Positions 41,900 to 54,520 of a DNA stretch of 64,000 bases are shown here, one piece after another. Source of the DNA: the human T2T-CHM13v2.0 reference genome, Homo sapiens; NCBI RefSeq assembly GCF_009914755.1, contig NC_060947.1; one strand, 5' to 3'. Position numbers and translations under genes: made by a program. The notes below the pieces were generated by a model, which was given only the letters and a program-made list of their open reading frames with translations, was not told the origin of the DNA and ran no database searches. The stretch's first letter is position 1. Every line of letters begins with the position of its first letter.

Positions 41900-42160
41900 T
41901 TGATAACTGTGAATATTTATTGAATACTTCACTATGGGCTAAGCACTGAGGTAAAGAATTAATATTTACTATCTTACTTTATCCTTATATTAACATTCAA
42001 AGGTAGGTATAATTATTAACTGCATTTTACAGAAAAATAAACTGATGCACAGAGAGGAAGAATAACTTGCCAAAATACACAACAAGTAAGGACTGGGATC
42101 AGGTTTCAAATACAGTGGGAATAGTTTTAGAGTCAACACATTTAATGACCGTGCTACAAT
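41900..42160 (-). mobile_element. MIR
   Basis: ATATTTATTGAATACTT...AGGTAGGTAT...CATTTTACAGAAAAATAAACTGA...TAACTTGCC. Confidence 0.75.
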
Positions 42161-42522
42161 GCATAAAACTGATAGTATTCACTGACTGAATTTGAGGTGC
42201 AAGAGAAAGAAAAGAATCGAGAATAACTACAATTTTTCAAACATGGAGTGGACTAACATTATGAATGACAAAATTATTTTATGATTTATTCAACCTGATG
42301 AACAAAAATGGATTTGAGGGGTCCCAGTTTAGGCATCACCTTCTTTGTGAAGTGCCTGAACCCACCAGTAACAGTTAGATGCTTCCATAATAATCTTTCT
42401 TTACCCCTATTATGCAATTTTTCAGATTATGCAATGAAACTTTGTTTCCATTTATGTCTTTTACATTAGGATTTAAACTCATCTATTTGTACCAGATAGT
42501 AGCAATGTGTTTGTTTAATGAA

Positions 42523-42524
<2 letters not shown>

Positions 42525-42560
<36 letters not shown>
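42525..42560. repeat. (TG)18 microsatellite
   Basis: Read directly. Confidence 0.95.
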
Positions 42561-42562
<2 letters not shown>

Positions 42563-43835
42563 TGAGGGGAGAGGTGTTTGGTTTCAGATATGCTTAAATT
42601 AACAAACCTTTACATATGGAAACACCCAGCAAAAAATAGATGATTTACAACTAGAGTTTTGATAAATATTGGGCTCGAGATGTAGGCTTGTGAGTTTCCA
42701 TAACTGAGCTACTAGATAAAGCTATTAATGTGGAAGAGACTTCTGAAGGAGGAAAAAGTATTTTTATGGCCTTTATGCCAATAAGTCAATGAACAAACAA
42801 CATGTATAATATGTATAACAAATAACATGTATAAGGCAATAGTCAAACATAAGGAAGCCAAACCTTAGGGGAAAGTAAAAGGCTCATTTGGAGATTCTCA
42901 TTGAGGAGAATATATGCCTGCTTCCTTAAAAGACATTGATATAAAAAGCTTAGAAAAAAAGATATACACAAATTCCAATTACTCACCAGAACACTTGAAA
43001 TTTCAGATCAGAAGGCTTGTTGGTGTCAATCACAAATTAATTTTACGAAAACAGGCTGCACTCCTGGATAAGTTTCACTGTCTCTTCTCTCTTGATATTT
43101 AATTTTTAAAAATTTGTTATTATATATAGGCATAAATTTAACAAAAGAACATGACCTGTACACTAGAAAGCAGAAAATATCATTGAGAAAAATTAAAGAT
43201 CTAAATAAACGGAGTGATATCCCGTTTATAAATTGGAAGGCTCAACTTGTTAAGATACCAGTTTTCCTCAAAATGATATGAATTCTAAGCAAACCCAGTC
43301 AAAATCTCCCCAGGCTCTTGTGGTAGAAATTGACGAGCCAATTTTTTACATGACAATGCAAAGGACCTAGAAAAGCCTAAATGATTTTGAAAAAGAATCA
43401 TGATATGTAGTATCAGCATATACTACACATAGTCTAATGGAACAAAATAGGGAGTCCAAAAATATATCCACCTGTATATGGTTAAATGGTTTTTGAATAA
43501 AATTCAAAGGTAAAATTCAATGAGAAAAAGATAATATTTTAATAAATGTTGCTAACATAACTGAATAACCATAAGGAAAAATTGAACTTCAACTCTTACC
43601 TCATGCCAGATAAAAAATTGTCTCAAAATGTATTATAGGCCTAAATGTAAAAGCTAAAACTATAAAACTACCAGAGGAAAATGCAGCGGAAAACTGTCAT
43701 GATCTTGGAATATGCAAGAACACACAGGACACAAAAAAGCACTAGCCACTAGCCATTACTAATCATCAGAGAAATGCACATTAAAACCCCATGAGATACA
43801 ATATTATACCAGTCAGAATGGTTATTATTAAAACC

Positions 43836-46800
43836 AATTAAAAGACAAGGACTGGCAAATTGGATAAAGAGTCAAGACCAATGAGTGTGTTGTATTCAGA
43901 AGACTCATCTCACATGCAAAGACACACATAGGCTCAAAATAAAGGGATGGAGAAATAATTACCAAGCAAACAGAAAGCAAAAAAAGCAGGGGTTGCAATC
44001 CTAGTCTCTGATAAAACGGTCTATAGACCAACAAAGACCAAAAAAAGACGAAGGGCATTACATAATGGTAAAGGGATCAACACAACAAAAAGAGCTAACT
44101 ACCCTAAATATATATGCACCCAATACAGAAGCACCCAGACTCATAAAGCAAGTTCTTAGAGACCTACAAAGAGACTTAGACTCCCACACAATAGTAGTGG
44201 GAGACTTTATCACCCCACTGTCAATATTAGACAGATCAATGAAACAGAAAATTAACAAGGATGTTCAGGACTTGAACTCGGCTCTGGACCAAGCAGACCT
44301 AATAGACATCTACAGAACTCTCCACCCCAAATCAACAGAATATACACTCTTCTCAGCACTACATAGCACTTATTCTAAAATCGACCACATAATTAGAAGT
44401 AAAACACTCCTCAGCAAATGCAAAAGAACGGAAATCATAACAAACAGTCTCTCAGACCACAGTGCAATCAAATTAGAACTCAGGATTTAAAAACTCACTC
44501 AAAATCGCACAACTACATGGAAACTGAACAACCTGTTCCTGAAAGACTACTGGATAAATAACGAAATTAAGGCAGAAATAAATAAGTTATTTGAAACAAA
44601 TGAGAACAAAGACATAACGTACCAGAATCTCTGGGACACAGCTAAAGCAGTGTTTAGAGGGAAATTTACAGCACTAAATGCCCACAGGAGAAAGCAGAAA
44701 AGATCTAAAATCAACACCCTAGTATCACAATTAAAAGAATTAGAGAAGCAAGAGAAAACAAATTCAAAAACTAAGATCAGGGCAGAACTGAAGGAGATAG
44801 AGACACGAAAAAACCTTCGAAAAAATCAATGAACCCAGGAGCTGGTTTTTTGAAAAGATTAACAAAATAGATAGACTGCTAGCCAGACTAATAAGAAAAG
44901 AGAGAAGAATCAAATAGACACAATATAAAATGACAAAGGGGATATCACCACTGATCTCACAGAAATACAAACTACCATTAGAGAATACTATAAACACTTC
45001 TACACAAAAAAAAACTAGAAAATCTAGAAGAAATGGATAAGTTCCTGGATACATACACCCTCCCAAGACTAAACCAGGAAGAACTCAAATCCCTGAATAG
45101 ACCAATAACAAGTTCTGAAATTGAGGCAGTAATTAATAGCCTACCAACCAAAAAAAACCCAGGACCAGACGGATTCACAGCCGAATTCTACCAGAGGTAC
45201 AAAGAGGAGATGGTACCATTCCTTCTGAAACTACTCCAAACAATAGAAAAACAGCGACTTCTCCCTAACTCATTTTATGAGGCCAGCATCATCCTGATAC
45301 CAAAACGTGGCAGAGACACAACAAAAAAAGAAAATTTCAGGCCAATATCCCTGATGAACATTGATGTGAAAATCCTCAATAAAATACTGGCAAACTGAAT
45401 CCAGCAGCACATCAAAAAGCTTATCCAACACTATCAAGTTGGCTTCATCCCTGGGATGCAAGGCTGGTTCAACATATGCAAATCAATAGACATAATCCAT
45501 CACGTAAACAGAACCAATGACGAAAACCACATGATTATCTCAATAGATCCAGAAAAGGCCTTCGATAAAATTTAACACCCCTTCATGCTAAAAACTCTCA
45601 ATAAACTAGGTATTGATGGAAAATATCTCAAAATAATAAGAGCTATTTATAACAAACTCACAGCCAATATCATGTTGAATGGCCAAGCTGGAATCATTCC
45701 CTTTGAAAACTGGCACAAGACAAGGATACCCTCTCTCCTCACTCCTATTCAACATAGTATTGGAAGTTCTGGCCAGGGCAATCAGGCAAGAGAAAGAAAT
45801 GAAGGGTATTCAAATACGAAGAGAGGAAGTCAAATTGTCTCTGTTTGCAGAGGACATGATGGTATATTTAGAAAACTCCATCGTCACAGCCCAAAATCTC
45901 CTTAAGCTGATGAGCAACTTCAGCAAAGTCTCAGGATACAAAATCAATGTGCAAAAACCACAGCATTCCAATACACCAATAATAGAAAAACAGAGAGCCA
46001 AATCTTGAGTGAACTCCCATTCACAATTGCTACAAAGAGAATAAAATACCTAGGAATACAACTTACAAGGGATGTGAAGGACCTCTTCAAGGAGAACTAC
46101 AAGCCACTTGTCAAGGAAATAAGAGAGGACACAAAGAAATGGAAAAATATTCCATGCTCATGAATAGGAAGAATCAATATCTTGAAAATGGCCATACTAC
46201 CCTAAGTAATTTATAGATTCAATGCTATCCCCATCAAGCTACCATTGACTTTCTTCACAGAATTACGAAAAAAAAAAACTACTTTATATTTCATATGGAA
46301 CGAGAAAAGAGCCCATATAGCCAAGACAATCCTAAGCAAAAAGAACAAAGCTGGAGGCATCACGCTACTTGATTTCAAACTATACTACAAGGCTACAGTA
46401 ACCAAAACAGCATGGTAGTGGTACCAAAACAGATATATAGACCAATGGAATAGAACATAGGCCTCAGAAATAATGCCACACATCTACAACCATCTGATCT
46501 TTGACAAACCTGACGAAAGCAATGAGGAAAGGATTCCTTATTTAATAAATGTTGGGAAAATTGGCTAGCCATAGGCAGAAAACTGAAACTGGACACTTCC
46601 TTACACCTTATACAAAAATTAACTATAGATGGATTAAAGACTTAAACGTAAAACCTAAACCCATAAAAACCCTAGAAGAGAACCTAGGCAATACCATTCA
46701 GGACATAGGCATGGACAAAGACTTCATGATTAAAACACCAAAAGCAATGGCAACAAAACCCAAAATTGACAAATGGGATCTAATTAAAATAAAGAGCTTC

Positions 46801-47884
46801 TGCACAGCAAAAGAAACTATCATCAGAGTGAATAGGCAACCTACAGAACGGGAGAAAATTTTTGCAATCTATCCATCTGACAAAGGGCTAATATCCAGAA
46901 TCTACAAGGAACTTAAATTTACAAGTAAAAAACAAACATCCCCATCAAAAAGTGGGCAAAGGATATGAACAGACACTTCTCAAAAGAAGACATTTATGTG
47001 GCCAACAAACATATGAAAAAAAGATCATCACTGGTCATTAGAGAAATGCAAATCAAAACTACAATGAGATACCATCTCCTGCTAGTTAGAATGGCGATCA
47101 TTAAAAAGTCAGCAAACGGCTGGGCATGGTGGCTCACGCCTGTAATCCCAGCACTCTGGGAGGCCAATGCGGGTGGATCTCGAGGTCAGGAGTTCAAGAC
47201 CAGTCTGGCCAACATGGTGAAACCCCGTCTCTACTGAAAATACAAAAAATTAGCCAGGTGTAGTGGTGTGCGCCTATATTCCCAGCCACTCAGGAGGCTG
47301 AAGCAGAAGAGTCATGAGAACCCAGGAGATGGAGATTGCAGTGAGCTGAGATTGTGTCATTGCACTCCAGCCTAGGTGACAGTGCAAGACTCTGTCTCAA
47401 AAAAAAAAAAAAAAAAAAAGTCAGTAAACAACAGATGCTGGAGAGGATGTGGAGAAATAGGAATGCTTTTACACCATTGGTGGGAGTGTAAATTAGTTCA
47501 ACCATTGTGGAAGACAGTGTGGCAATTCCTCAAGGATCTAGAACCAGAAATACCATTTCACCCAGCAATCCCATTACTGGGTATACACCCAAAGGATTGT
47601 AAATCATTCTACCATAAAGACATATGTACACGTATGTTTATTTTAGCACTGTTAACAATAACAAAGACTTGGAACCAACCCACCAACCCAAATGTCCAAC
47701 AGTGACAGACTGGATAAAGAAAATGTGGCACATCTACACCATGGAATACTATGCAGCCATAAAAAAGAATGAGTTCTTGTGCTTTGCAGGGACATGGATG
47801 AAGCTGGACACCATCATTCTCAGCAAACTAACACAGGAACAGAAAACCAAACACTGCATGTTCTCATTCATAAGTGGGAATTGA
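43836..47884 (+). pseudogene. Disrupted LINE-1 ORF2 (endonuclease / reverse transcriptase / C-terminal domain)
   Basis: Fragments: LNIYAPN, VGDF and SDHSAIKLE (APE endonuclease); [27 protein letters not shown] and LFAEDM (RT; FADD altered to FAED); [26 protein letters not shown] (C-terminal). Multiple stops, frameshifts and an Alu insertion. Confidence 0.95.
47118..47414 (+). mobile_element. AluS inserted into L1PA ORF2
   Basis: Full dimer; TSD AAAAAGTCAG(C/T)AAAC at 47103-47117 and 47415-47429. Confidence 0.95.
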
Positions 47885-49589
47885 ACAATGAGAACACATG
47901 GACACAGGGAGGGGAAACTCACACACCAGGGCCTGTCAGGGGGTAGGGGATTAGGGGAGGGATAGCATTAGGGGAAATACGTAATGCAGATGACAGGTTG
48001 ATGGGTGCAGCAAACCACCATGGCACGTGTATACCTAGGTAACAAACCTGCACGTTCTGTACATGTATCCCAGAACTTAAACTATAATTTAAAAAAAAAG
48101 TCAAAAAAACAACAAATGTTGGCAAGGATTCAGAGAAAAGGGAATGCTTATATACTATTGGTGGGAACATAAAGTAGGACAACCTTTATGGAAAACGGAA
48201 TATTTCTCAAAACATAAAAATAGACCTATCTTTCAACCCAGCAATCTCACTATTGGGTGTCTACCCAAAGTAAGATAAATCATTATATCAAAAAGACACC
48301 TGCACACATATGTTTATTGCAACACTAACAATAGCAAAAATATGAAATTAACCTAAGTGTCCATCAATGGATGACAGGGTAAATAAAATGTGGTATATAT
48401 ATATACACCATGGAATACTGCTCGGCCATGAAAAGAAAATGAAATCATGTTTTTTTGCAGCAACATGGATGGAACCACAGGCCATTATCATAAATTAAAT
48501 AACTCAGAAAAGGAAGTCAAATACCACATGTTCTCACTTCTAAGTGGGAACTAAACAAAGGGTATGCATGGACATATAGAGCAGAATAAGACATTGGAGA
48601 CTACAAAGTATGGGAGAGTGAGCGGGGAGTGAGGGCTGAAAAATTAACTGTTGGGTACAATGTTCACTATTTGGGGGATGGGTACACTAAAAGCCCAGAC
48701 TACTCCACTATGCAATATATGCATGTAAGAAATCTGCACTTGTGCCCCTAAATATATAAAAATAGAAAATGAAAAATAAAGCACTTAGCTGTTAAAGAAA
48801 AAAAAGTTAAGTTGATCTTCATAAAGATTAAAAGTTTTTGTCTGTTAAGAAAATAAAAAGGCAAGCCATACACTGGGAGAAAGTGTTTGCAATACATATA
48901 TCTGGCAAAGGACTTGTATCTAGAATATATAAAAGACTCTTACAACTCAATAATAAGAAGATAAACAACCCAGTATTTTAAAATGGGCAAAACATTTGAA
49001 GTGACACTTTACCAAAAATATACACAAATGGCCATTAAGCACACGAAAAGATGCTCAACATCATTAGTTATTAGTGAAATGAAAATTAAAATCACAACAA
49101 AATACTGATACACATCTATTAGAACGTCTAACATTAAGAATAATACTATGTGCTGAAAAGATACTGAAACAAAACCAAAACAAACCCTGTTCTGAGTGTT
49201 AAGAACTCATATGTAAAAAAGTAAATACTGTATTATTCCTCTGATATGAAATTCTAGAAAAGACAAATCTAATCTATAGGGACAGAAAGTATATCAGTGA
49301 TTCCCTGAGGCTTGGGATAATGAGAATGGACTGGGAAGAGGCAGAAGAGAAATTCATGGGGTTTTGGAAAGATCCTATGTGTTGGGTAGTGTGGTGACTC
49401 TATGTGTATATATATTTCTCAAAACTCATCAGTGTATGCACTTAAAATGGGTCCATTTAATTGCAAAATAGCTGTACTTAAATAAATTTGATTTAAAAAA
49501 ACTTGTTCTAGTTCCTTCAAAAACTGTTGTTGAAATTTTCAATTTTAATATGGAAGTTAAGTAGAAAGGACACTACAACAGCTTTTTTA

Positions 49590-49720
49590 ATGTTTTATTT
49601 TATTTTTAATTTACACAACACTTGCACATATTTATGGGGTACAATGTGATGTAATGATCAAATAGGTTAATCAAAAAATCCATCACCTTAAACAGTTATC
49701 ACCTCTGTGGTGAGAACAGT
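49590..49720 (-). mobile_element. L1MA 3' terminal fragment
   Basis: ACATATTTATGGGGTACAATGTGATGT...TCCATCACCTTAAACA...TGTGGTGAGAACA. Confidence 0.7.
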
Positions 49721-50710
49721 TATTTTTAAGTGAAAAGGATTATGTAAAAACAACATAATATTTGTTTTGAAATATTGGGGTTTTATAAATGTGCACTATT
49801 TTGGGACCTCACAAAAAACAATTCTTGTTATTTACTGCTTTTTTTTTTTTCATCGTAATGGACCCAACACCTATTTACATTTTCTTCTGCACTATACAAA
49901 GCAGAACACAAAGAGTATCTGACCCAAGACAGGTTTTCTAGCCTAATTCCCCAATGTACTTATTGGGGGTACTTTGACTTTAAGGTAAAAAATGAAGAAT
50001 ACCTTCCAAGTTTGTTAATTAATAATATCCCTAGACAAATATCTTCTTACTGCTCTGCCTGATTACTAAATCTCTCTGCTTCAAGGCAACAGATGGCTTA
50101 AGTTCTCCCAGAATTAAAAAGGAAATAATCTAGAATTCGTGATTCAAAGGACTAAATTTAATCAGGTTATCCTATTTTATAAGCTACAAATATCCTAGAA
50201 AAAAAATGAAGATGATGAAAATGGAAATGAATGGGTGTCATCTTATAATTGCGTGGGTAGTATATAATAGTCTTTATAGTACTAGTTTATGATACAGTGC
50301 TACCATAGTATCAGCATGTACTAAACTCAACCAAATCCTACGTCGGTCTTTCTTCATTAACTTTTCCTTATGACAACACTCTTCCTCTCTAGAATAAGAA
50401 AATAATATAAATTGTGGGGTACCTTGAGCAGCCTTCAATACTTCTACTACAAAAGTCTGTCTAAATAACATAACCTTTTCCCAGAAAGTTCACCTTAAGG
50501 TTCCCTTGAGTAAGAGACTTTTTCCAGATTAACCCAGTCTGTATCAGTCCTACGCACTAACAATATTTAAATACTTGTCTGAACAACATTTCCTATTTTT
50601 TTTACCGTAAACAACTTTATATTTTAATAAGTATATAAGCATTGATAACCTCATGAATTTAAATGTCAACCTTAATGAATTTCATGTCATTCTCATTCTA
50701 ACTATGTATG

Positions 50711-50914
50711 TTTTTAAGTTCCAGTGTAAATGTTCAGGATGTGCAGGTTTGTTACATAGGTAAGCATGTGCCATGATGGTTTGCTGCACCTATCAACCCG
50801 TCAGCTAGGTATTAAGCCCAGCATGCATCAGCTCTTTTACCTAATGCCCTCCCCCAACCTGCCCCCCACACGGCCCCAGTAAGTGTTGCTCCCCTCCCTG
50901 TGTCCATGTGTTCT
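50711..50914 (-). mobile_element. 5'-truncated L1PA (about PA8-10) 3' end, probably with 3' transduction to 50596
   Basis: CAGGATGTGCAGGTTTGTTACATAGG...CCCCTCCCTGTGTCCATGTGTTCT; TSD TCTGAACAACATTT at 50578-50591 and 50917-50930. Confidence 0.9.
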
Positions 50915-52177
50915 TATCTGAACAACATTTTCAAAACTAATTCTTCTTTACAATCACTTGTATGTTAGCATGTTATGTGATCCCCTTTAGAAGGCTTCAT
51001 ATGGAAGCCTTTAAAAGGCAAGAATTAAAATGTGTTCAATCCATTATGTTAAAAAAGCAAATTACTCATGGGTGCTCAACAAATTCATAATTATTGACAT
51101 CATCTTAACATCTGCCTGTTGTATGGGATATACCATGATGAACGTGGCCTTATAAAATATATCACCAGTTAATCCCACATCGGTGCTTGCTATTATTATT
51201 CTACTCACTCAAATATTTGCTTACTGCTGCATATATGTATAGTTGAACAGGTCTCTTGCAAAGAGACCTGTTTTATACACAAAGACCCCTCCAAATTGGT
51301 CATATTTTTCTCATTATGGCATGAGTAAATGGTATCCTCTGCACATGTTCTAGCCTTTCCACTGTATTTTCCAACATGTTATCATTAAAGTGGGGTTAAC
51401 TTTTAGTCTCAAAAGCACATTTCTTAATAGATATTCTTTATTATTCATGATTTAGCAATATCAAGAGGAGACAAGTGTACAGCAAAGAATGGAATAGGGT
51501 ACCTGATATTTTGATAACGTGACAAGGTTTATAGTCAGATTATTTTAAATCAAGCAGTATGTGAAACAAACATCCTCATTCTTATCTTTGGACCTCATCC
51601 TATCCCTGATCTATATACCAGAAGACTATGAAATGACAAGAAGCTCAGAAATGGGGTAGGGAACGAGGTTGGGATAAGGCACCATGTGGCATCCACACGA
51701 CATAAAACTAGGGGCCACATGTTTATCACACATGATTTTCTCACAAAGGGGCAGCAGCCATAATTTATGTTGTTGGCTGAATGGTCACCATTCTAAATTG
51801 TCTAATCTCTTAAGGTTTACAATTGCCATACTTATTTAATCTCTACTGAAATACAGATTTAGCAATGTAATTGTGGAATTTGTCCCATTTTCCAGTAGAA
51901 AATATTTTTAAATGGCTACTTATTTGTGTAGGCTTCTTGATTTTTCAAATCTCGTAAGACACTGGGGATGGGGTATGAGAAAATTTTCTCTAACAATTTC
52001 TACAGTAGCATATATACACTATGAGGTAACACTGTTTTACAATCCTAGTTTTGGGGTAAAAAGCATCCCTCCCCTTGGAGGTTGACTCAGTTGTAAACAT
52101 TTTTAAAAGAGTTCTGTTTTTATGACTACAAAAGCAATAAGTTTTAATAAAAAGTCAAGCAATACAATTATGGGTAA

Positions 52178-52472
52178 GGCCGGATGTGGTGGCTCACTCC
52201 TGTAATCACCAGCACTTTGGGATGCCAAGGCAGGAGGATCACTTGAGGCCAGGAATTTGAGACCAGCCTGGGCAACATAGGGAGATCCCATGTCTTAGAA
52301 AATTTAAAAATATTAGCCAGGTGTGGCGGCACATGCCTGTAGTCCCAACTACTCTTGGGGCTGAGGCAGGAGGATCACTTGAGCCCAGGAGTTTGAGGCT
52401 GCAGGGAGCTATGCTCATGCCACTGCATTCCAGCCTGGGTAACAGAGTAAGGCCCTGTCTCTTAAAACAAAA
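52178..52472 (+). mobile_element. AluJ
   Basis: GGAGGATCACTTGAGGCCAGGA / GAGCCCAGGAGTTTGAGGCTGCAG; TSD ATGGGTAA. Confidence 0.93.
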
Positions 52473-52969
52473 ATGGGTAAAGTAGAAAGTGAAAGAACCA
52501 TGAAGTCTGCTGGGGGATACTAAGAGATGGAACTAAGTTCAAAATGTCTGATATGATACACAGTCCTTGGGTAAAGAAACCAATGGCCAATGGTTTTATA
52601 TTAATGGTTAATATAATCCTGTTAATATATTAATGGTTAATATAGAGATATTTGGATGTGGTTATGTCAATATGACTCCATCAAAATAGTCATGTTAAAC
52701 ACCCATATCAAAATGCTTTACTGTGAGAAGGAAACCAGTAAAACACAAGAGAGGGAGTATAGGGCTAAGACCTAGTGAAGGAGGGTGCTCCTGAGAGGTC
52801 TAGATCATTTCGATCAATATTGGGGAAGCTATCAAGGGAATCTGATAAGCAACTTCACTGTAATTGAAATTTCATTCATTTTTAAAATCAATTTCTGGGT
52901 CAGATTATAAGATGTTCCTAAATCATATTTCCAAATTGCTTAATTATATGCACAACAAATTAACTGATT

Positions 52970-53140
52970 CAATAACAACTTGATACCTACTCATTGCCAG
53001 GCACAGTTCTTTATCCTTTCCATGCATTATACTATTTAAGTATCAACCATAGTAACCCAGGGAAGTAGTTATTACCTCATTTCATAGTTAAGAAAACTAT
53101 GGGTTCAGGGAGGTTATAGAACTACAAGGTCATACAGACT
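52970..53140 (-). mobile_element. MIR
   Basis: TGCCAGGCACAGTTCT...CCTCATTTCATAG...GAAAACT...AAGGTCATACAG. Confidence 0.65.
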
Positions 53141-53688
53141 TAAAGGGTTATGATAGTCAGCATTTATTTATTTGGTGAATAAGTAGAAACTTATTTTTCT
53201 CTATATTCTGGAAGGGTTATTATTTTTAATTAAAAAAGTCATTTCTAGGGTTAAGTTTTTTCTGTTATTCTGCAGAAAAAAATATCATTTGGGTTGAAAG
53301 TAAATAAAATAAAAATCTTGAATATTCATAAATTACTAGTAGAAGACATAATGAGAATGCAATTATATCACAAGATTTCTACACATGTAGAATCATACAA
53401 TTTCTTTCTGTAGTGACTGGGCTTTTTCTTCAGCAGAAACATGTAAATATTGAATCACAGCAAAATAACTGATTGCATTATAACCTAAAGCCAAAAGTAC
53501 ATTACACAACTGAACATACTTAATTTAAGCCCTCTTTTTAAAGAGTAATTTGTACCAGAATATCTTTAACGGTCCTTACACATAGCAACAGATAGTTCAA
53601 ATGAAGCCATATCATTTTTCAATTTTGGTATTTGGCTTGTTTTATAAATAAGGTTGTGAAAAATAGAAATCCCAGCTTTAAAAACCAA

Positions 53689-54016
53689 GGTTGGGTGTGG
53701 TGGTTCACCCCCAGAAGTCCCTCACTTTTGGAGGCCAAGGCGGGAGGATCACTTGAGCCCAGGAGTTCAAGGCCAGCCTGAGCAACATGACAAAACTCCA
53801 TCTCTACAAAAAAATAAAATAAAATAAAATAAAATAAAATAAAAATAAAATTAGCCAGGAGTGGTGGTGTGCACCTGTGGTCCCACCTACTTGGGAGGCT
53901 GAGGTAAGAGGATCTCTCGAACCCATGAGGTCGAGGCTGCAGTCAGCTATGATCACATCACTGCACTCCAGCCTGGGTGACAGAGTGAGACCCTGTCTTA
54001 AAAAAACAAAACAAAA
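53689..54016 (+). mobile_element. AluJ with central linker expanded to (AAAAT)n
   Basis: GGAGGATCACTTGAGCCCAGGAGTTC; GAGGTCGAGGCTGCAG; GAGACCCTGTCT. Confidence 0.92.
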
Positions 54017-54324
54017 TTTTATGAATGTGTGGGTGCAAATAACTTAACTCTACTTTTGCCATTAAATATTTTTGTAGACTGCTCCTCAATTAAATAATTG
54101 TAACTTATAAAACAACATTAATAAACACAATGCTTTAAATTCTGATATCACTCATGCATTTAATTTATTCCAGTGTCTTGTATAAAACAATTTAACAAAC
54201 AAAATGCATACTTTTACCTTGATGAACAGTACTACACAGATTTACTCCAATGCATTTTGATTTAGCCATTATTATCGAACATATTTTCCACATTTATTTA
54301 AATGCTTTGTAATGTAGAAGTTAA

Positions 54325-54520
54325 AAACAGGCAGATGTACATTTGAATATTGGCTCTGCCACTGAGTAGCTGGTGTGATGCTGGAGAAGCTGTTTAACAT
54401 CTTTGAGGTTGGGTTTCTTCCTCCATAAAAATGGGGATAAAAATAACTACTGCACACTGTTGTTCTGAAGTTGCCATTACATGTGTGACAGTGTTTGGCC
54501 CAGAGAAGGCACCCAATGCG
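54325..54520 (+). mobile_element. MIR
   Basis: TTGAAT...TGGCTCTGCCACT...TAGCTG...TAAAAATGGGGATAAAAATA. Confidence 0.7.

Larger units (their letters stand above)
43835..48099 (+). mobile_element. 5'-truncated L1PA (about L1PA6-8), roughly 4 kb, from the start of ORF2 to poly(A)
   Basis: Continuous L1 ORF2 and 3' UTR similarity; ends GCAGCAAACCACCATGGCACGTGTATACC...CCCAGAACTTAAA plus A tail. Confidence 0.95.
43749..48778 (+). mobile_element. L1MA 3' fragment (second layer); pieces at about 43749-43833 and 48100-48778
   Basis: ACTAATCATCAGAGAAATGC...GAATGGTTATTATTAAAA joins in register to GTCAAAAAAACAACAAATGTTGGC; TSD-like AAAGCACT(T)AGC on both sides. Confidence 0.82.
43125..49500 (+). mobile_element. 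Old L1 (L1MD/ME-like), outermost layer; pieces at about 43125-43745 and 48790-49500
   Basis: ORF2-like AGGCATAAATTTAACAAAAGA...CCTAAATGTAAAAGCTAAAACTATAAAACT; resumes at AAAGGCAAGCCA...CTGGGAGAAA; 3' end CTCAAAACTCATC...CACTTAAAATGGG. Confidence 0.8.

Noticed and set aside
44065-47884. Active reverse transcriptase or endonuclease system
   Set aside because: 5'-truncated L1 with no promoter or ORF1, many stops and frameshifts, an altered FADD motif and an Alu insertion.
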